DNA from: Alphaproteobacteria bacterium
GTDB lineage: Bacteria; Pseudomonadota; Alphaproteobacteria; UBA8317
Reading direction: 5' to 3'
Assembly (NCBI GenBank): GCA_038131935.1
Contig: JAYPQH010000010.1
Coordinates: forward strand, 1-64,000
Length of the DNA: 64,000 nucleotides
Below the pieces are notes generated by a model. That model was not told the origin of the DNA. It saw only the letters and a list, made by a program, of their open reading frames with translations, and made no database searches. Of the stretch, positions 42,046-53,376 are shown in pieces. The first letter of the stretch is position 1. The number at the start of each line of letters is the position of its first letter. A program made the translations under genes and the position numbers.

Positions 42046-43029
42046 ATGACAAGTCTAAGTTTGTTTGCCCCAATAGAGCCTTACCAACACGACTATCTCG
42101 AGGTTGGTGACGGTCACCAAGTTTATTTTGAGCAATCTGGAAATCCTGATGGCATTCCTGTGATTTTTGTTCATGGTGGTCCTGGAGGAGGATGTGATCC
42201 TATCAACAGGCAATTGTTTGATCCCCAATTTTATCGGATCATTATGATGGATCAACGTGGATGCGGAAAATCTCTGCCTCATGCCTGCCTTCAGCATAAC
42301 ACAACATGGCATCTTGTTGGTGACTTAGAGCGTTTGCGCGAAACATTACATATTGATTCCTGGATTGTTTTTGGTGGTTCTTGGGGATCAACATTGGGGC
42401 TGGCTTATGCGCAATCTCATTCTGAAAATGTTTTGGCGCTTGTGTTGCGTGGCATATTTTTGTTGCGTCGTCAGGAGTTGCTTTGGCTGTACCAACAAGG
42501 TGCGAGCTTCTTATACCCAGAGGAATTTGAGCGTTATTGTTCTGTGATTCCGAAGCATGAACGCGGTGATTTGATGTCAGCATTTTACAGGCGGCTTACA
42601 GGAAGCGATCAAGAGGAGGCATTGCGTGCTGCACGTGCTTGGAGCCGCTGGGAGGGTGCGCTGCTTTCTATGATGCCAAATGAGCAAAGAGCCCATGATT
42701 TCATGGAGGATCAATTCGCATTAGCCTTTGCACGTATTGAATGTCATTATTTCGTGCATGGTGGTTGGTTTCGCGATGATGATCAATTGCTTCGGGATGT
42801 TGGTCATATTCGTCATATACCAGCTTATATTATCCATGGGCGGCAAGACGTTGTAACACCCATAGATAATGCTTGGCAGCTGGCGAAACGCTGGCCAGAA
42901 GCAAACTATATACCCGTAGAAGGTGCAGGGCACGCTTTTGATGAGCCAGGTATTTTAGCTGAGCTACTTCTGGCTATGGAAAATCTTAAGCCAATTGCCA
43001 ATCAGTTCATATCATCTAGGCGAAAGTGA
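42046..43029 (+). CDS. pip: Proline iminopeptidase
   Basis: HGGPGGG, DQRGCGKS, FGGSWGSTL, ARIECHYF, AGH. Confidence 0.97.
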   Translation: MTSLSLFAPIEPYQHDYLEVGDGHQVYFEQSGNPDGIPVIFVHGGPGGGCDPINRQLFDPQFYRIIMMDQRGCGKSLPHACLQHNTTWHLVGDLERLRETLHIDSWIVFGGSWGSTLGLAYAQSHSENVLALVLRGIFLLRRQELLWLYQQGASFLYPEEFERYCSVIPKHERGDLMSAFYRRLTGSDQEEALRAARAWSRWEGALLSMMPNEQRAHDFMEDQFALAFARIECHYFVHGGWFRDDDQLLRDVGHIRHIPAYIIHGRQDVVTPIDNAWQLAKRWPEANYIPVEGAGHAFDEPGILAELLLAMENLKPIANQFISSRRK

Positions 43030-43331
43030 TATCGTCCCTCGTCGAAACCATCAAAGTAGTCATCTACATCTGGATGGTTAACTGGCCCTGCGTCAGCGTC
43101 AGGAACAAGGTTCTGCTCTGATACGTAGGCTGCGTAGGCTGTCTGTTCATTTTCTGCAAGTAAATGATAGAACGGCTGATGTCGTGATGGGCGAACTTCC
43201 TCAGGGATTGCTTGCCACCATTCTTCTGTATTTGCAAATTCGGGATCAACATCAACGATGACGCCCCGAAAAGGGTATCTGCGGTGACGAACAACGTCTC
43301 CAATCCGAAAGCGAGCGTTTCTTAACAACAT
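43002..43331 (-). CDS. hspQ: Heat shock protein HspQ (YccV-like)
   Basis: FRIGDVVRHR..PFRGVI.DVDPEF, QPFYHLLAEN, AYVSEQNL. Confidence 0.93.
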   Translation of the reverse strand: MLLRNARFRIGDVVRHRRYPFRGVIVDVDPEFANTEEWWQAIPEEVRPSRHQPFYHLLAENEQTAYAAYVSEQNLVPDADAGPVNHPDVDDYFDGFDEGRYHFRLDDMN

Positions 43332-43471
43332 AAATCTAATCCCATCACGTGTAACTTCATATATTTAGTCATCAGTTGGCTTTCGCGCAATCCTTTGCCC
43401 CAACCCAATTAAATAGAAATTACAATAATCAACATAATGATAAAAATAGCAGGTACCCAGAAGTACATCTA

Positions 43472-44544
43472 TCAAACGGCTTTCATAAGCGTTCTAGCGA
43501 GGGATGAAAATGCATCTTTCACATCTTGTCTTGCATCCTTTTGAAGTACCAAAGGCGTACCTGAATCACCAGCTGCGCGAATGTCTGAATGCAGAGGCAA
43601 GCCTCCAAGATAATCAACAGACAATTCAGCAGCCATTTTTTTAACCCCATCTTGCCCAAATGGATAGCTACGTGTTGAGCAACATGGGCAGAGATAGTAC
43701 GCCATATTTTCAATAACGCCATGTACAGGAATCTGAACCTGTCGAAACATTGCAATACCACGCTTTACATCTGCCAATGCCAAATCCTGGGGTGTAGAGA
43801 CGATAACGGCCCCATCTACATGAACCCTCTGTGCTAGGGTGAGTTGAGCATCCCCCGTGCCCGGTGGGAGGTCAATAACCATGACATCAGGATTGTCCCA
43901 CTTCACATCTTTGAGCATTTGCTCCAACGCACCCATGACCATGGGACCTCGCCATACCACTGGTTTACCAGGTGCAATCAAATAACCAATGGACATGGTT
44001 TTTAGACCATGGATTTCTATGGGATGTATTTTCCCGTCTTGGCTCTCAGGTTTGTCACAATGGCCAAGCATAACGGGTAGGGATGGTCCATATATATCGG
44101 CATCGAGAAGTGCGGTACTCATACCAAGCTGAGAAAAGGATGCGGCTAAGTTGACGGCAACAGTTGATTTTCCAACGCCACCTTTTCCCGAAGCTACCAA
44201 TATGACGTGTTTTGCGCCTGTATTAATTTTTTCGCGAGATGAAGGGGCACTAGCTTGCTTGTCTGTTGTAGCCTGACTTGTGGGCCTATCTGGCTTTGTT
44301 GAGGAATGGCTAGATACAAATATGGGGGTGACGGACTGCGCTTTGGTCTCTGTTTGAATATGCTGGCACAATGCTAAGCCGAGATGGCGTTGGGCGCTAT
44401 TTGGATTGTTCCCTAATAAAAGTGAAATTTGGATATGGTTCCCTTGGGTTTCAATCCCGGCGATCAGTCCCTCTTTGTCCAGATTTCGTAAGTTACCTTC
44501 GTAGGTAAGGATTCCAAAGCTTTTTGCAGATTTTCGTTATTCAT
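43472..44544 (-). CDS. mrp: Mrp/ApbC Fe-S cluster carrier ATPase; N-terminus frameshifted
   Basis: ASGKGGVGKST, DADIYGPS, WRGPM, DLPPGTGD, ENMAYYLCPCC; ATG at 44544 overlaps the RND stop. Confidence 0.92.
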
Positions 44545-47500
44545 AGAGTTTCGCTCGCTTTGATCATTTTTTGATCTGTGGTGAGTTTTAGAATGTCATT
44601 CAGAATGGCTACCAAAGAAGGAACCACCAGTAAGATGAGGAATGTAGATACAGCAAGGCCAAAGACAATGGTTGTTGCCATAGGAATAAGAAAACTTGCT
44701 TGGCGTGAGGTTTCAAAAAGCAGTGGTGTAAGTCCTCCGATGGTGGTGAGAGAGGTGAGGAGTACAGCACGTAGGCGCTCACATGTTCCTTCTATAATTG
44801 CATCCATGGGGGCTGCTGTTCGCATTTTTTGGCTTATTGTGGTGATCAGGACAATCGAGTCATTTATGACAATTCCAGACAGTCCAAACATCGCGATAAG
44901 TGACAAAATAGTAATATTAAAATCTTGAATATAATGTCCCCAAATAGCGCCAATAAGACCAAGAGGGATAGTTAGAAGGATTGCAAGTGGTAAAATAAAG
45001 GAGCCAAAAATCCATGCAAGTGTGATGTAGATGAGCGACAAACCAAGAATGCCACCTAGTTTCATATCCCCGAAAGTTTCTGCTTGTTCTTCTGATTTAC
45101 CCCGAAATTGATAGTCTACAAGATAATCCCGTTGCATTTGTTCGAGGACAGATAGTCCAGTGGGGCCTGTCCGCTGCAGAGCCTCCATAATCTCACTGGT
45201 TGTGATTGTGCTTTTGTCTAATTCAGCAGTAACAGCCACCTCACGTTTGCCGTCCACCCTTTGAATTTGTGCAAACCCATTGGAAAATTTGCGTTCTACG
45301 ATGTCTAATATTCTCACATCTTGGCCATTCGTGGTGGTAATATGAATAGTTTCTAGAATTGAAATACCTGTGGATTCTTCTGGATACCGCACTTTGACGG
45401 TCACCTCCTCGTCGCCTCGGGCGAAACGTTGCGCCACAGCGCCTTCAAGAGCATGACGCAGTTGCTGTCCCACGGTCTTTAGTTGCAACCCTAGTGCATT
45501 ACCTCGATCGTTTAAGGATACCAATTCCTCTGGCTTTCCATAAGGAAGATTATCTTCAATATTGCTCACCCCTACAAACCGCTCTAATTGCGTTTTGATA
45601 AACTCTGAGGCATTTTTTAAAGCTTGAAGATCGTTTCCAGTTAATCTTATGTCAACATCCTTACCAGGTGGGCCACCCCGTTGAGCTTGGACAGATAGGG
45701 ACTTTACAGCAGCTAGTTCTGGTATGTTATTTCGCCATGCGTTGATAATTTGTTGGGTACGTACATCTCGAGTATCCGTGGGGCTAAGTTCCACGCGTAC
45801 CCCTGCGAGGGTTTCTGTGGCTGCAGATGTGGAATTAGGGGCAAAACTTGTCCCCACGGCTGTGATCGACATAATGACAAGCTTTGACCCGCCCAATTCT
45901 TCAACCGTCTTGTAAAGGGCGTCTTCAACTTTTAAAATTGTCTCTTGGGTTTTCTCTCTGGATGTGCCTGCAACCATTTCCAAGCTTGCAGAAATGTTAT
46001 CTGGTTCAGGGTCCTCAAAAAACACAAACCCAACACGCCCCCCAGCGACCATGCCGAAGGAAATAATCAAAAAAGAGAAGGCTGTTGCCACGGTGACGTA
46101 GCGCCATGCAACGGCCCGTCTTACGAAAGAGCGAAAGAGTCGATTTTTCAACCATTCAAACATATGATCAAAACGTCGTCTGAATGAGGAAGTTTTCGCT
46201 GCCGATTGTGATGATAAGGCGAGTTTTAAATGATGTGGTAGAATGAAAAAGCATTCCAACAAACTGGCTAGGAGAATAGCAACAACCACCATAGGAATGG
46301 CTCTGATAATATCTCCGATGATCCCTCCAATAAGAAGAAGAGGAAGAAAAGCAGAAATAGTCGTTAAGGTTGCAGATGCAACCGGTGCGGCCATCCTTGT
46401 GGCACCCATCAAAGCAGCTTGTTCGGGTTGGTAACCTTGCCTTGAGAGGTGGTCTGCATGTTCCCCAACAACAATGGCATCATCGACCACAATTCCAATC
46501 GCCATAATCATGCCGAATAGGCTTATCATGTTTATGCTTTGGCCTGTTAGAAACATGATGCTCATGGAGGTTAATACGGCGATGGGAATGCCAACAGCGA
46601 CCCAAAAAGCAATCCTAGAATTAAGAAAAACAAATAGAATGGCAACAACCAGAACAAGTCCTGACAATCCATTTTCGAGGAGCAATGATATGCGTTCCTT
46701 AATGGGCTCGGACTGTATCCCATATCGCTCCACATTTAATTGGCTGGGTAATGTTGGAAGGGTGTCTTTTAGATAGTTATCAATAATTTTCGCCAATTCT
46801 AGCGCATCAGCATTCAAGGAGCGTTGAATGGATAGTTCAACTGCGCGTTGACCTTTGCGCAACAATGTCGCTTGATCTTTGTTAAAGGCTTCTCGGACAG
46901 ACGCAATATCTCTCAAACGGATATGAACACCGGAGGGATTTGCTTTAATAATTAAGTCCTCCAGGGCCTGCGCTTGTTCCACTTGCCCCATGGTTCGTAT
47001 ACGAATTTGTCCATCTCCAACCTTTCCTGATGGCAAATCTTGATTGCGACCGCCAATAGCCTGAGCAATTTCTCCCAAGGTCATATCCAACTGCCTTAGG
47101 CGGGCAGGATCAATTTCCACCCATATTTCTTCATCTCTAATGCCGCGAATATCAATTTTATCAATGCCCATGTTTAAAAGGTCATCCCGCATCTGTTTGG
47201 CGATGACCTTCAATGAAGCCTCTGAATATGGGCCCGATATAACCAGGCGGGAAATAAGATCATAACGCATGATCCTTTTGATGACTGGCTCTTCGGCTTC
47301 ATCAGGAAAGGTGGTGATCCCAGAGATGGCTGACTCAACAGTGGAGAGGGCTGACTGCATATCACTTCCAGGATCATACTCTAGTGCTACAACCGCAGCG
47401 CCTTCAAACGCGACAGACCGAATATCATCGACACCATCAAGAAACCGTACTTCAGGTTCTATTGCGGCTACCAAATTGCTATCCACATCTTCAGCAGACG

Positions 47501-47675
47501 CGCCAGGCCAAGCTACGGAGACTTGAATGACATCGATGCCAAAATCAGGAAAGAATTGACGGTTAAGCTTGGTTAGTGATGCCAAACCCACCAGAACCAT
47601 CAAAATCATGAGTAAGTTGGCTGCTGTAGGGTGATTGGTAAATAAGGCAAGGATGCCTTGTGACCTAGCCTTCAT
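44541..47675 (-). CDS. RND efflux permease (AcrB/AcrD/AcrF family)
   Basis: 1044 aa, GIVVDDAIVVGE, GIVINDSIVL, RLRAVLLTSLTT. Confidence 0.96.
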   Translation of the reverse strand: MKARSQGILALFTNHPTAANLLMILMVLVGLASLTKLNRQFFPDFGIDVIQVSVAWPGASAEDVDSNLVAAIEPEVRFLDGVDDIRSVAFEGAAVVALEYDPGSDMQSALSTVESAISGITTFPDEAEEPVIKRIMRYDLISRLVISGPYSEASLKVIAKQMRDDLLNMGIDKIDIRGIRDEEIWVEIDPARLRQLDMTLGEIAQAIGGRNQDLPSGKVGDGQIRIRTMGQVEQAQALEDLIIKANPSGVHIRLRDIASVREAFNKDQATLLRKGQRAVELSIQRSLNADALELAKIIDNYLKDTLPTLPSQLNVERYGIQSEPIKERISLLLENGLSGLVLVVAILFVFLNSRIAFWVAVGIPIAVLTSMSIMFLTGQSINMISLFGMIMAIGIVVDDAIVVGEHADHLSRQGYQPEQAALMGATRMAAPVASATLTTISAFLPLLLIGGIIGDIIRAIPMVVVAILLASLLECFFILPHHLKLALSSQSAAKTSSFRRRFDHMFEWLKNRLFRSFVRRAVAWRYVTVATAFSFLIISFGMVAGGRVGFVFFEDPEPDNISASLEMVAGTSREKTQETILKVEDALYKTVEELGGSKLVIMSITAVGTSFAPNSTSAATETLAGVRVELSPTDTRDVRTQQIINAWRNNIPELAAVKSLSVQAQRGGPPGKDVDIRLTGNDLQALKNASEFIKTQLERFVGVSNIEDNLPYGKPEELVSLNDRGNALGLQLKTVGQQLRHALEGAVAQRFARGDEEVTVKVRYPEESTGISILETIHITTTNGQDVRILDIVERKFSNGFAQIQRVDGKREVAVTAELDKSTITTSEIMEALQRTGPTGLSVLEQMQRDYLVDYQFRGKSEEQAETFGDMKLGGILGLSLIYITLAWIFGSFILPLAILLTIPLGLIGAIWGHYIQDFNITILSLIAMFGLSGIVINDSIVLITTISQKMRTAAPMDAIIEGTCERLRAVLLTSLTTIGGLTPLLFETSRQASFLIPMATTIVFGLAVSTFLILLVVPSLVAILNDILKLTTDQKMIKASETL

Positions 47676-48943
47676 GGTTGTACGGCCTTAACCAGGGCCC
47701 CAGAACCAAGTTCGGGGAAGCGTGATGTAACAATTTCTGTCCCCTCAGTTAATGAACCAGCCACAATAGCTTGGCCATTTTGTGAAAATAGATAGTTAAC
47801 CTTTTTAGAGGTTATTCGGCCATCTTTGGAAATTTCAAAAATGTCTTTATCTGGTCCAAGTGCTCTTTGCGGAATAACAAAAACGTCTTCTAAGATTGGT
47901 CCCGGCATATGCACTTCCACAAAAGCACCAGGCCGAAGTGGCGCAGGCAATGCCTTTACAACATCAGGCTTAATGGTCGCATATAATCCCACCGATGCTG
48001 TGCTCGCATCATACAAACCTTCAACGCGTGATAATTCTGCAAAAAACTCAGTTGCCTTAGTACCAATGCGCCAAATCACTTTTATGGGTGAACCAACGGG
48101 CAAAATTTGTTGTGTACCATAGCCCAGAATGATTCCAAGATCGGCTTCGGAGAGCTCAAAACGTATCTCCATGCTATCTAATGGCCGTAAAACAGCCATT
48201 TTTTCATTTGGGCTTACTTCCAATCCGACAGCTGCTCGAACATTCGTTACATAGCCTGTGTTTGGTGCGAAAATTTTTGTATCCTGCAAGTCGCGTTCCG
48301 CGCGTTCCAAGGCTGCTTTTCGCTGGTCTGCAATGGCTTCTAACTTATCTACGCTGGCTTCTAATCTTCGAACAACTTGATTTTTCTGAATGATTGTTCG
48401 TTCAGCACGGGTAAGATCAAGTTTTGTTTTGTCCAATGCAGACTGCGATTGCGTACCACGTTCTTGTAGGGCCAATGCGCGATCAAAGGTACGCTGGACG
48501 AGCTCTTTTTCTTCTTTGAGCGAAACGATCTGTGCACGCTCACCTTCGATGTCGGCGAGTACTTCTTGAATTTGGGCTCTGGTTTCAAGAAGTTTCGCAC
48601 GAGCATTCTCAAGATTGTTCTGGAATTGAAAAGGATCAACTTCCACAATGAGTTCGTCTTTTTTAAGCAAACTCCCATTAAACAGATTGCCCCCAACGTT
48701 CAAAATCTGGCCGGCGACAGGGGAACGAATTTCAATCTCGCGGTTGGATTGCACTGTACCATAAGAGGTTATCGAGGGCTGGATTGTTGCACGCTCCAGC
48801 TGCATGGTTTCCACCATCCAATATTTTTCCATTGGAGGTTCAGGTTGTGGAATGGCCTGGGTTGCTAATAGCAATTTAAAAATAGCTGCACTACCCGCCA
48901 AAAGGCCTAAGGCTGCGATTGTCTGCAAAACTGTCTTCACCAT
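47672..48943 (-). CDS. RND periplasmic adaptor (membrane fusion protein)
   Basis: N-terminal TM, long coiled coil, TKIFAP.GYV, LRPGAFV; stop overlaps the RND start. Confidence 0.92.
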   Translation of the reverse strand: MVKTVLQTIAALGLLAGSAAIFKLLLATQAIPQPEPPMEKYWMVETMQLERATIQPSITSYGTVQSNREIEIRSPVAGQILNVGGNLFNGSLLKKDELIVEVDPFQFQNNLENARAKLLETRAQIQEVLADIEGERAQIVSLKEEKELVQRTFDRALALQERGTQSQSALDKTKLDLTRAERTIIQKNQVVRRLEASVDKLEAIADQRKAALERAERDLQDTKIFAPNTGYVTNVRAAVGLEVSPNEKMAVLRPLDSMEIRFELSEADLGIILGYGTQQILPVGSPIKVIWRIGTKATEFFAELSRVEGLYDASTASVGLYATIKPDVVKALPAPLRPGAFVEVHMPGPILEDVFVIPQRALGPDKDIFEISKDGRITSKKVNYLFSQNGQAIVAGSLTEGTEIVTSRFPELGSGALVKAVQP

Positions 48944-48977
48944 GATTTGACTTTCCGCATTTTCACCGCATTACCAC

Positions 48978-48999
48978 CACAACTACTCATGTAGTTGTG
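48978..48999. promoter_or_regulatory. Palindrome upstream of the RND operon (operator or terminator)
   Basis: CACAACTAC-TCAT-GTAGTTGTG perfect 9-bp inverted repeat. Confidence 0.4.
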
Positions 49000-49025
49000 T
49001 CTGATAAATTTGACAACTTTATTTC

Positions 49026-49952
49026 TTAATAACCTTTGTTGCGATGCACCAATCCTACTATTTCTTTGCCCTCAACAAAATCTTTTGCACGTTGAAAAAG
49101 GTCGGGAAGAGTCCATTCAGGACGTGATATACTCGCGATATGTGGGGTAACCACAATTTGCTTATGGTTCCAGGTTGCATCGTCATGGGGAAGGGGTTCG
49201 GTATCGAAGACATCCAAGGTGGCCCGAGCTGAGGGATGACGGTTCAGCCATTCCAAAAGATCTTGTGTTGCGATTGAAGGCCCGCGGCCACTGTTAATGA
49301 TGATAGCATCTGGTTGAAGGTTGCTTAGCAAATCTTTGTTTACAATATTTTTTGTTTGTTCGGTTAAAGGTAACAAATTAATGAGGATATCACGACTTTG
49401 AACGGCATGGTGACAATCTGTGGTGGCAAAAATGTCTATCCCCAGCTCGTCGGTCCGTGATTGAGACGCGACAGCATTCACCTCTACGCCAAGAGAAAGA
49501 AGTGTTCGTGCGACATAGCTTCCAAGCTGTCCGTAACCAAGAACAGTTGCCTTCATGCCGTGAAGTAATCGTGGGCTTTCGGGCCTCCATTCTTTGTTTT
49601 TCTGGTCAGTCAAATATTTCGGAAATTTAAGAACATGAAGAAGAATACTTCCAATGATATAATCCCTCATTCCAAGCGCCAAACCTTCATCTGTCGCGCG
49701 TAAAATAGGACATGCAGGTAATTGGGCATTTTTGATTATTCGGTCTACGCCAGCCCAACAGGACAGAATGGCATGGCTTATATGTCTATGCTGATGATCC
49801 ATGGTTGTCCCATCAACGAGTAAAAGGAAATCAGCGCCCGCGTCAGGACCTACCTCGCTGGTATGCAAGACCTTGCCTTGCGTCCAGAGGGTTTTCGCAG
49901 TTTCAATCCACTCAGCTTCGTTTTCCAAATGAGCGTCAATAATTATATTCAT
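49026..49952 (-). CDS. ghrA: Glyoxylate/hydroxypyruvate reductase A-like D-2-hydroxyacid dehydrogenase
   Basis: AGVD, VLGYGQLG, NLLPLT, INSGRG, LDVFDTEPL, TPHIAS. Confidence 0.85.
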   Translation of the reverse strand: MNIIIDAHLENEAEWIETAKTLWTQGKVLHTSEVGPDAGADFLLLVDGTTMDHQHRHISHAILSCWAGVDRIIKNAQLPACPILRATDEGLALGMRDYIIGSILLHVLKFPKYLTDQKNKEWRPESPRLLHGMKATVLGYGQLGSYVARTLLSLGVEVNAVASQSRTDELGIDIFATTDCHHAVQSRDILINLLPLTEQTKNIVNKDLLSNLQPDAIIINSGRGPSIATQDLLEWLNRHPSARATLDVFDTEPLPHDDATWNHKQIVVTPHIASISRPEWTLPDLFQRAKDFVEGKEIVGLVHRNKGY

Positions 49953-51748
49953 GCGGATTGCTCCAATTCTTCTTTCATCGTTTCTAGTTCTAACCAGCGC
50001 TCCTCACTTACCTGGAGTTGGCGCTGGGATTGTGCCAAATCATGGCTGAGGGCTTCAAATTTATTTGGATTTTCTTGAAAAAGTGTAGGGTCTGACAGCT
50101 GCTTTTCTATTTGTGTGATCCTGTTGGCCAGATTTTCAATTTGCTCAGGCAACAAATCTAATTCTCTTTGGTCTTTGTATGACATTTTGCTTTTTGTGGG
50201 TGCAGGAATGTGGTTTTTTTCTGCGGTCGGTTTTGTACGTTGGCTTTTGGGTGCTGTGTCATCTGAGGGTTGTAAAAAGTGCCTCTGCATATCACTACCA
50301 GCTTCACGTTGCCATTTCCCTTGGCCTTTGAAAACCACTAAACCTGTGGCCAAATGATCGACAAATTTTCTATCGTGGCTGACAAAAACAACCGTAAGTC
50401 CCATTTGCTCAATCAAATCTTCCAGTCGTTCGATTGTCTCAATATCAAGGTCATTCGTGGGTTCATCTAATAGCAAGAAGCCTGATGGATTGAGGAGTCT
50501 TTTGGCCAACAGAACTCTTGCCCGTTCTCCGCCTGAAAGTGCTTCTACACGCAGATGATGTCTGTTTGGACGTAGGCCAAAGCCTTGCAAATAACGTTGG
50601 TAATGAAGACGTTCACCTGCTACATCAACAAATTCCGCGCCGCCGGTTACATTATCATGAACTGTAAAGTCTAAACGCAAACCTTCACGCATTTGATCTA
50701 CAAGTACAGGTACGACATTGGCACCAAGTTTGATCGTTCCATTATCTGGTGCCACATCCCCGGTAATCAGTTTCAATAGAGTTGTTTTCCCAACACCATT
50801 GGGGCCCACAATCGCCAGCCTTTCACCACGTTTTATCTCAAGATCTAATTGTTCAATAAGGAGTGTATCTCCCAATTTTTTATGAACATTATGCATACTG
50901 CATACTTTTTGACCCGTATGTAATTCGCCGCCCACAAGAAGCTCTGGTAAAATATCTTGCCTACGATCTTGGCGAACTTCACTTTTTAATGCGTGGTAGG
51001 CTTCAAGTCTTCTTACATTTCGCTTCCTTCGCGCAGTAACTCCATAACGCATCCAATCTTCCTCAGCACGAAGCTTACGTTTTCGGAGTCTAGCTTGTTC
51101 TTCTTCCTGTTTGAATTGCTCCTCTTGCACATCAAGGAATTGGCTATAACCCACATCTCGAACACGAATATCACCCCTATCTACCCAAAAAAGGCGTTCA
51201 GAGAGTTTTTCTAGAAATTGTCGGTCATGCGAAATGAGTACAAGCGTTTCCTTTCTACTTTTTAGGTGGGCTTCGAGCCATGTAATGGCAACCAGATCAA
51301 GATGGTTTGTGGGCTCGTCTAGCAGCAGAATATCTGCATTGCGGGATAAACATAAGGCAAGTTGCGCACGTCGAATTTGCCCTCCAGAACAATCTGTAAC
51401 TTGTTCCTCGCCCGTGAGTCCAAGATTATTTAGCATTGCATTCAACCGACCAAATTCACTGTCGTCGAGTCCGACTTGCAGTGTTTCAAGTAGCGTGGCC
51501 GATTGTTTGTCTAAGATGTTCTGTTCTAAAACTGACGTTGTGAGTCCCGGTTTGATAAAAACCTCTCCCTGATCAGCTGGTATATGACCCGATAAGCATC
51601 CCATTAAGCTTGATTTACCTGAGCCATTTGGACCAACGATGGCAATTTTATCGCGAGGGTAAACATGAAGATCCGCATGGGAAAAAATCGGCCCCGTGCC
51701 ACGGATTACACCAACATCACTTAAGGATATAAGGGGAGGTTGGGCCAT
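49949..51748 (-). CDS. ABC-F family ATPase (Uup-like)
   Basis: Two ABC domains (GPNGSGKS, GPNGVGKT), WMRYGVTARRKRN linker, C-terminal coiled coil EERWLELE. Confidence 0.93.
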   Translation of the reverse strand: MAQPPLISLSDVGVIRGTGPIFSHADLHVYPRDKIAIVGPNGSGKSSLMGCLSGHIPADQGEVFIKPGLTTSVLEQNILDKQSATLLETLQVGLDDSEFGRLNAMLNNLGLTGEEQVTDCSGGQIRRAQLALCLSRNADILLLDEPTNHLDLVAITWLEAHLKSRKETLVLISHDRQFLEKLSERLFWVDRGDIRVRDVGYSQFLDVQEEQFKQEEEQARLRKRKLRAEEDWMRYGVTARRKRNVRRLEAYHALKSEVRQDRRQDILPELLVGGELHTGQKVCSMHNVHKKLGDTLLIEQLDLEIKRGERLAIVGPNGVGKTTLLKLITGDVAPDNGTIKLGANVVPVLVDQMREGLRLDFTVHDNVTGGAEFVDVAGERLHYQRYLQGFGLRPNRHHLRVEALSGGERARVLLAKRLLNPSGFLLLDEPTNDLDIETIERLEDLIEQMGLTVVFVSHDRKFVDHLATGLVVFKGQGKWQREAGSDMQRHFLQPSDDTAPKSQRTKPTAEKNHIPAPTKSKMSYKDQRELDLLPEQIENLANRITQIEKQLSDPTLFQENPNKFEALSHDLAQSQRQLQVSEERWLELETMKEELEQSA

Positions 51749-53376
51749 TAATTCATCACCGTTTGCTCTTTTGTCTTTCGAAAGGTTATGCTGGGCCAGT
51801 CTTGTTCAGCTTTACCCAATTCCCAGGAAGATTTGGCAAGAAATACTGGGTCGTCATTATGGTCGCGTCCCAGTCCTGCTCGATATTTTGCACAAAATTT
51901 TTCAAATTCTGAGCTATCTTCGTATTCGATCCAACGGGCAAGCACCTGACTTGTTGGTTCAAACCGAACGGGAATTTTATACTCGCGCTCCAACCTATCA
52001 CGCAGCACGTCAAACTGGAGCATACCCACGACACCAACGACATGTTGGCCGCCTAGTTCCAGGCGAAAAATACTTGCCGCGCCCTCCTCGGCAAATTCTT
52101 GCAGAGCGCGCGCCAAATGTTTTGCCCGCAAAGGATCGTCAACACGTGCCAATTGCATGATTTCTGGGGCAAAGCTAGGTATGTTGGTGGCATGCAATAT
52201 TTCTCCCTCCGTGAGCATGTCACCAATACGTAAGGTTCCATGGTTGGGAATACCTATAATGTCTCCAGCATAGGCTTCATCAGCAGTTGTTCTGTCTTCT
52301 GCGAGAAACAGCATAGGGGCTGACACGGTTATGGGCTTTCCAGAGCGGACATGAAACAGTTTCATGCCTCTACGAAAATGGCCCGATGTTAAGCGCACAA
52401 ACGCAATTCGATCACGATGCTTAGGATCCATATTAGCTTGGATTTTGAACACAACGCCGCCTACTTTTTGTTCCGCAGCACTAACCATGCGTTCATATGT
52501 TCCAAAACTTCCAGGCTCTGGTGCAAGGTCAACCAACGCGCGAAGAAGATCCTCAACACCAAAAGACATAAGCGCTGAACCAAAAAATACTGGTGTGAGG
52601 TGCCCTTCGAGATAGCTTTGGATATCAAGGCGGGGCAGCAGTTCACGAGCCATCTCCATATGTTCTAACGTCTCTTCTATCACATCATCTGGGACCAAGG
52701 ATTTTGCCTGGGGATCTTGTAGGCTTTCTATGCGCCGCATATCCATGCGTCGTTCTCTTGCCTCCCTGTCCATGGGCACAAAAGAACCGGTCTCTAAGTC
52801 AACAGCACCAGCAAAGCGTTGGCCGCCTCCAACAGGCCATGTCACAGGCGCAACGTCTAAAGCTAGTCTCTCTTGAATTTCATCAATGATTTCAAATGGA
52901 TCACGTGCTTCTCTATCCATTTTGTTAACAAATATTATGATGGGTATGTCGCGTAGTCGGCAAACTTCGAATAGCTTTAAGGTTTGCGCTTCGATACCTT
53001 TTGCAGCATCTATCACCATCACTGCAGAGTCTACGGCGGTCAAAGTGCGGTAGGTGTCTTCAGAAAAGTCTTCGTGGCCAGGGGTATCTAAAAGATTGAT
53101 AATGCAACCATCATGAGTAAATGCCATGGCTGAGGCTGTTACAGATATTCCTCGATCTTGTTCGATTTTCATCCAATCAGAGCGGGCGCGACGGCGCTCA
53201 CCACGTGCTCGAACTTCACCCGCTTGCTGGATCGCTCCACCAAACATTAATAGCTTTTCCGTAAGTGTTGTTTTACCAGCGTCAGGGTGAGATATGATGG
53301 CGAAGGTGCGTCTTGCTTGCACCGGAGCTGGCAAATTTTGATCGCGTTGTTTGCGCGGTAAGAGAAGCTGGTTCAT
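51748..53376 (-). CDS. prfC: Peptide chain release factor 3
   Basis: RRTFAIISHPDAGKTTLTEKLL, DTPGHEDFSEDTYR, FKIQANMDPKHRDR. Confidence 0.98.
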   Translation of the reverse strand: MNQLLLPRKQRDQNLPAPVQARRTFAIISHPDAGKTTLTEKLLMFGGAIQQAGEVRARGERRRARSDWMKIEQDRGISVTASAMAFTHDGCIINLLDTPGHEDFSEDTYRTLTAVDSAVMVIDAAKGIEAQTLKLFEVCRLRDIPIIIFVNKMDREARDPFEIIDEIQERLALDVAPVTWPVGGGQRFAGAVDLETGSFVPMDREARERRMDMRRIESLQDPQAKSLVPDDVIEETLEHMEMARELLPRLDIQSYLEGHLTPVFFGSALMSFGVEDLLRALVDLAPEPGSFGTYERMVSAAEQKVGGVVFKIQANMDPKHRDRIAFVRLTSGHFRRGMKLFHVRSGKPITVSAPMLFLAEDRTTADEAYAGDIIGIPNHGTLRIGDMLTEGEILHATNIPSFAPEIMQLARVDDPLRAKHLARALQEFAEEGAASIFRLELGGQHVVGVVGMLQFDVLRDRLEREYKIPVRFEPTSQVLARWIEYEDSSEFEKFCAKYRAGLGRDHNDDPVFLAKSSWELGKAEQDWPSITFRKTKEQTVMN

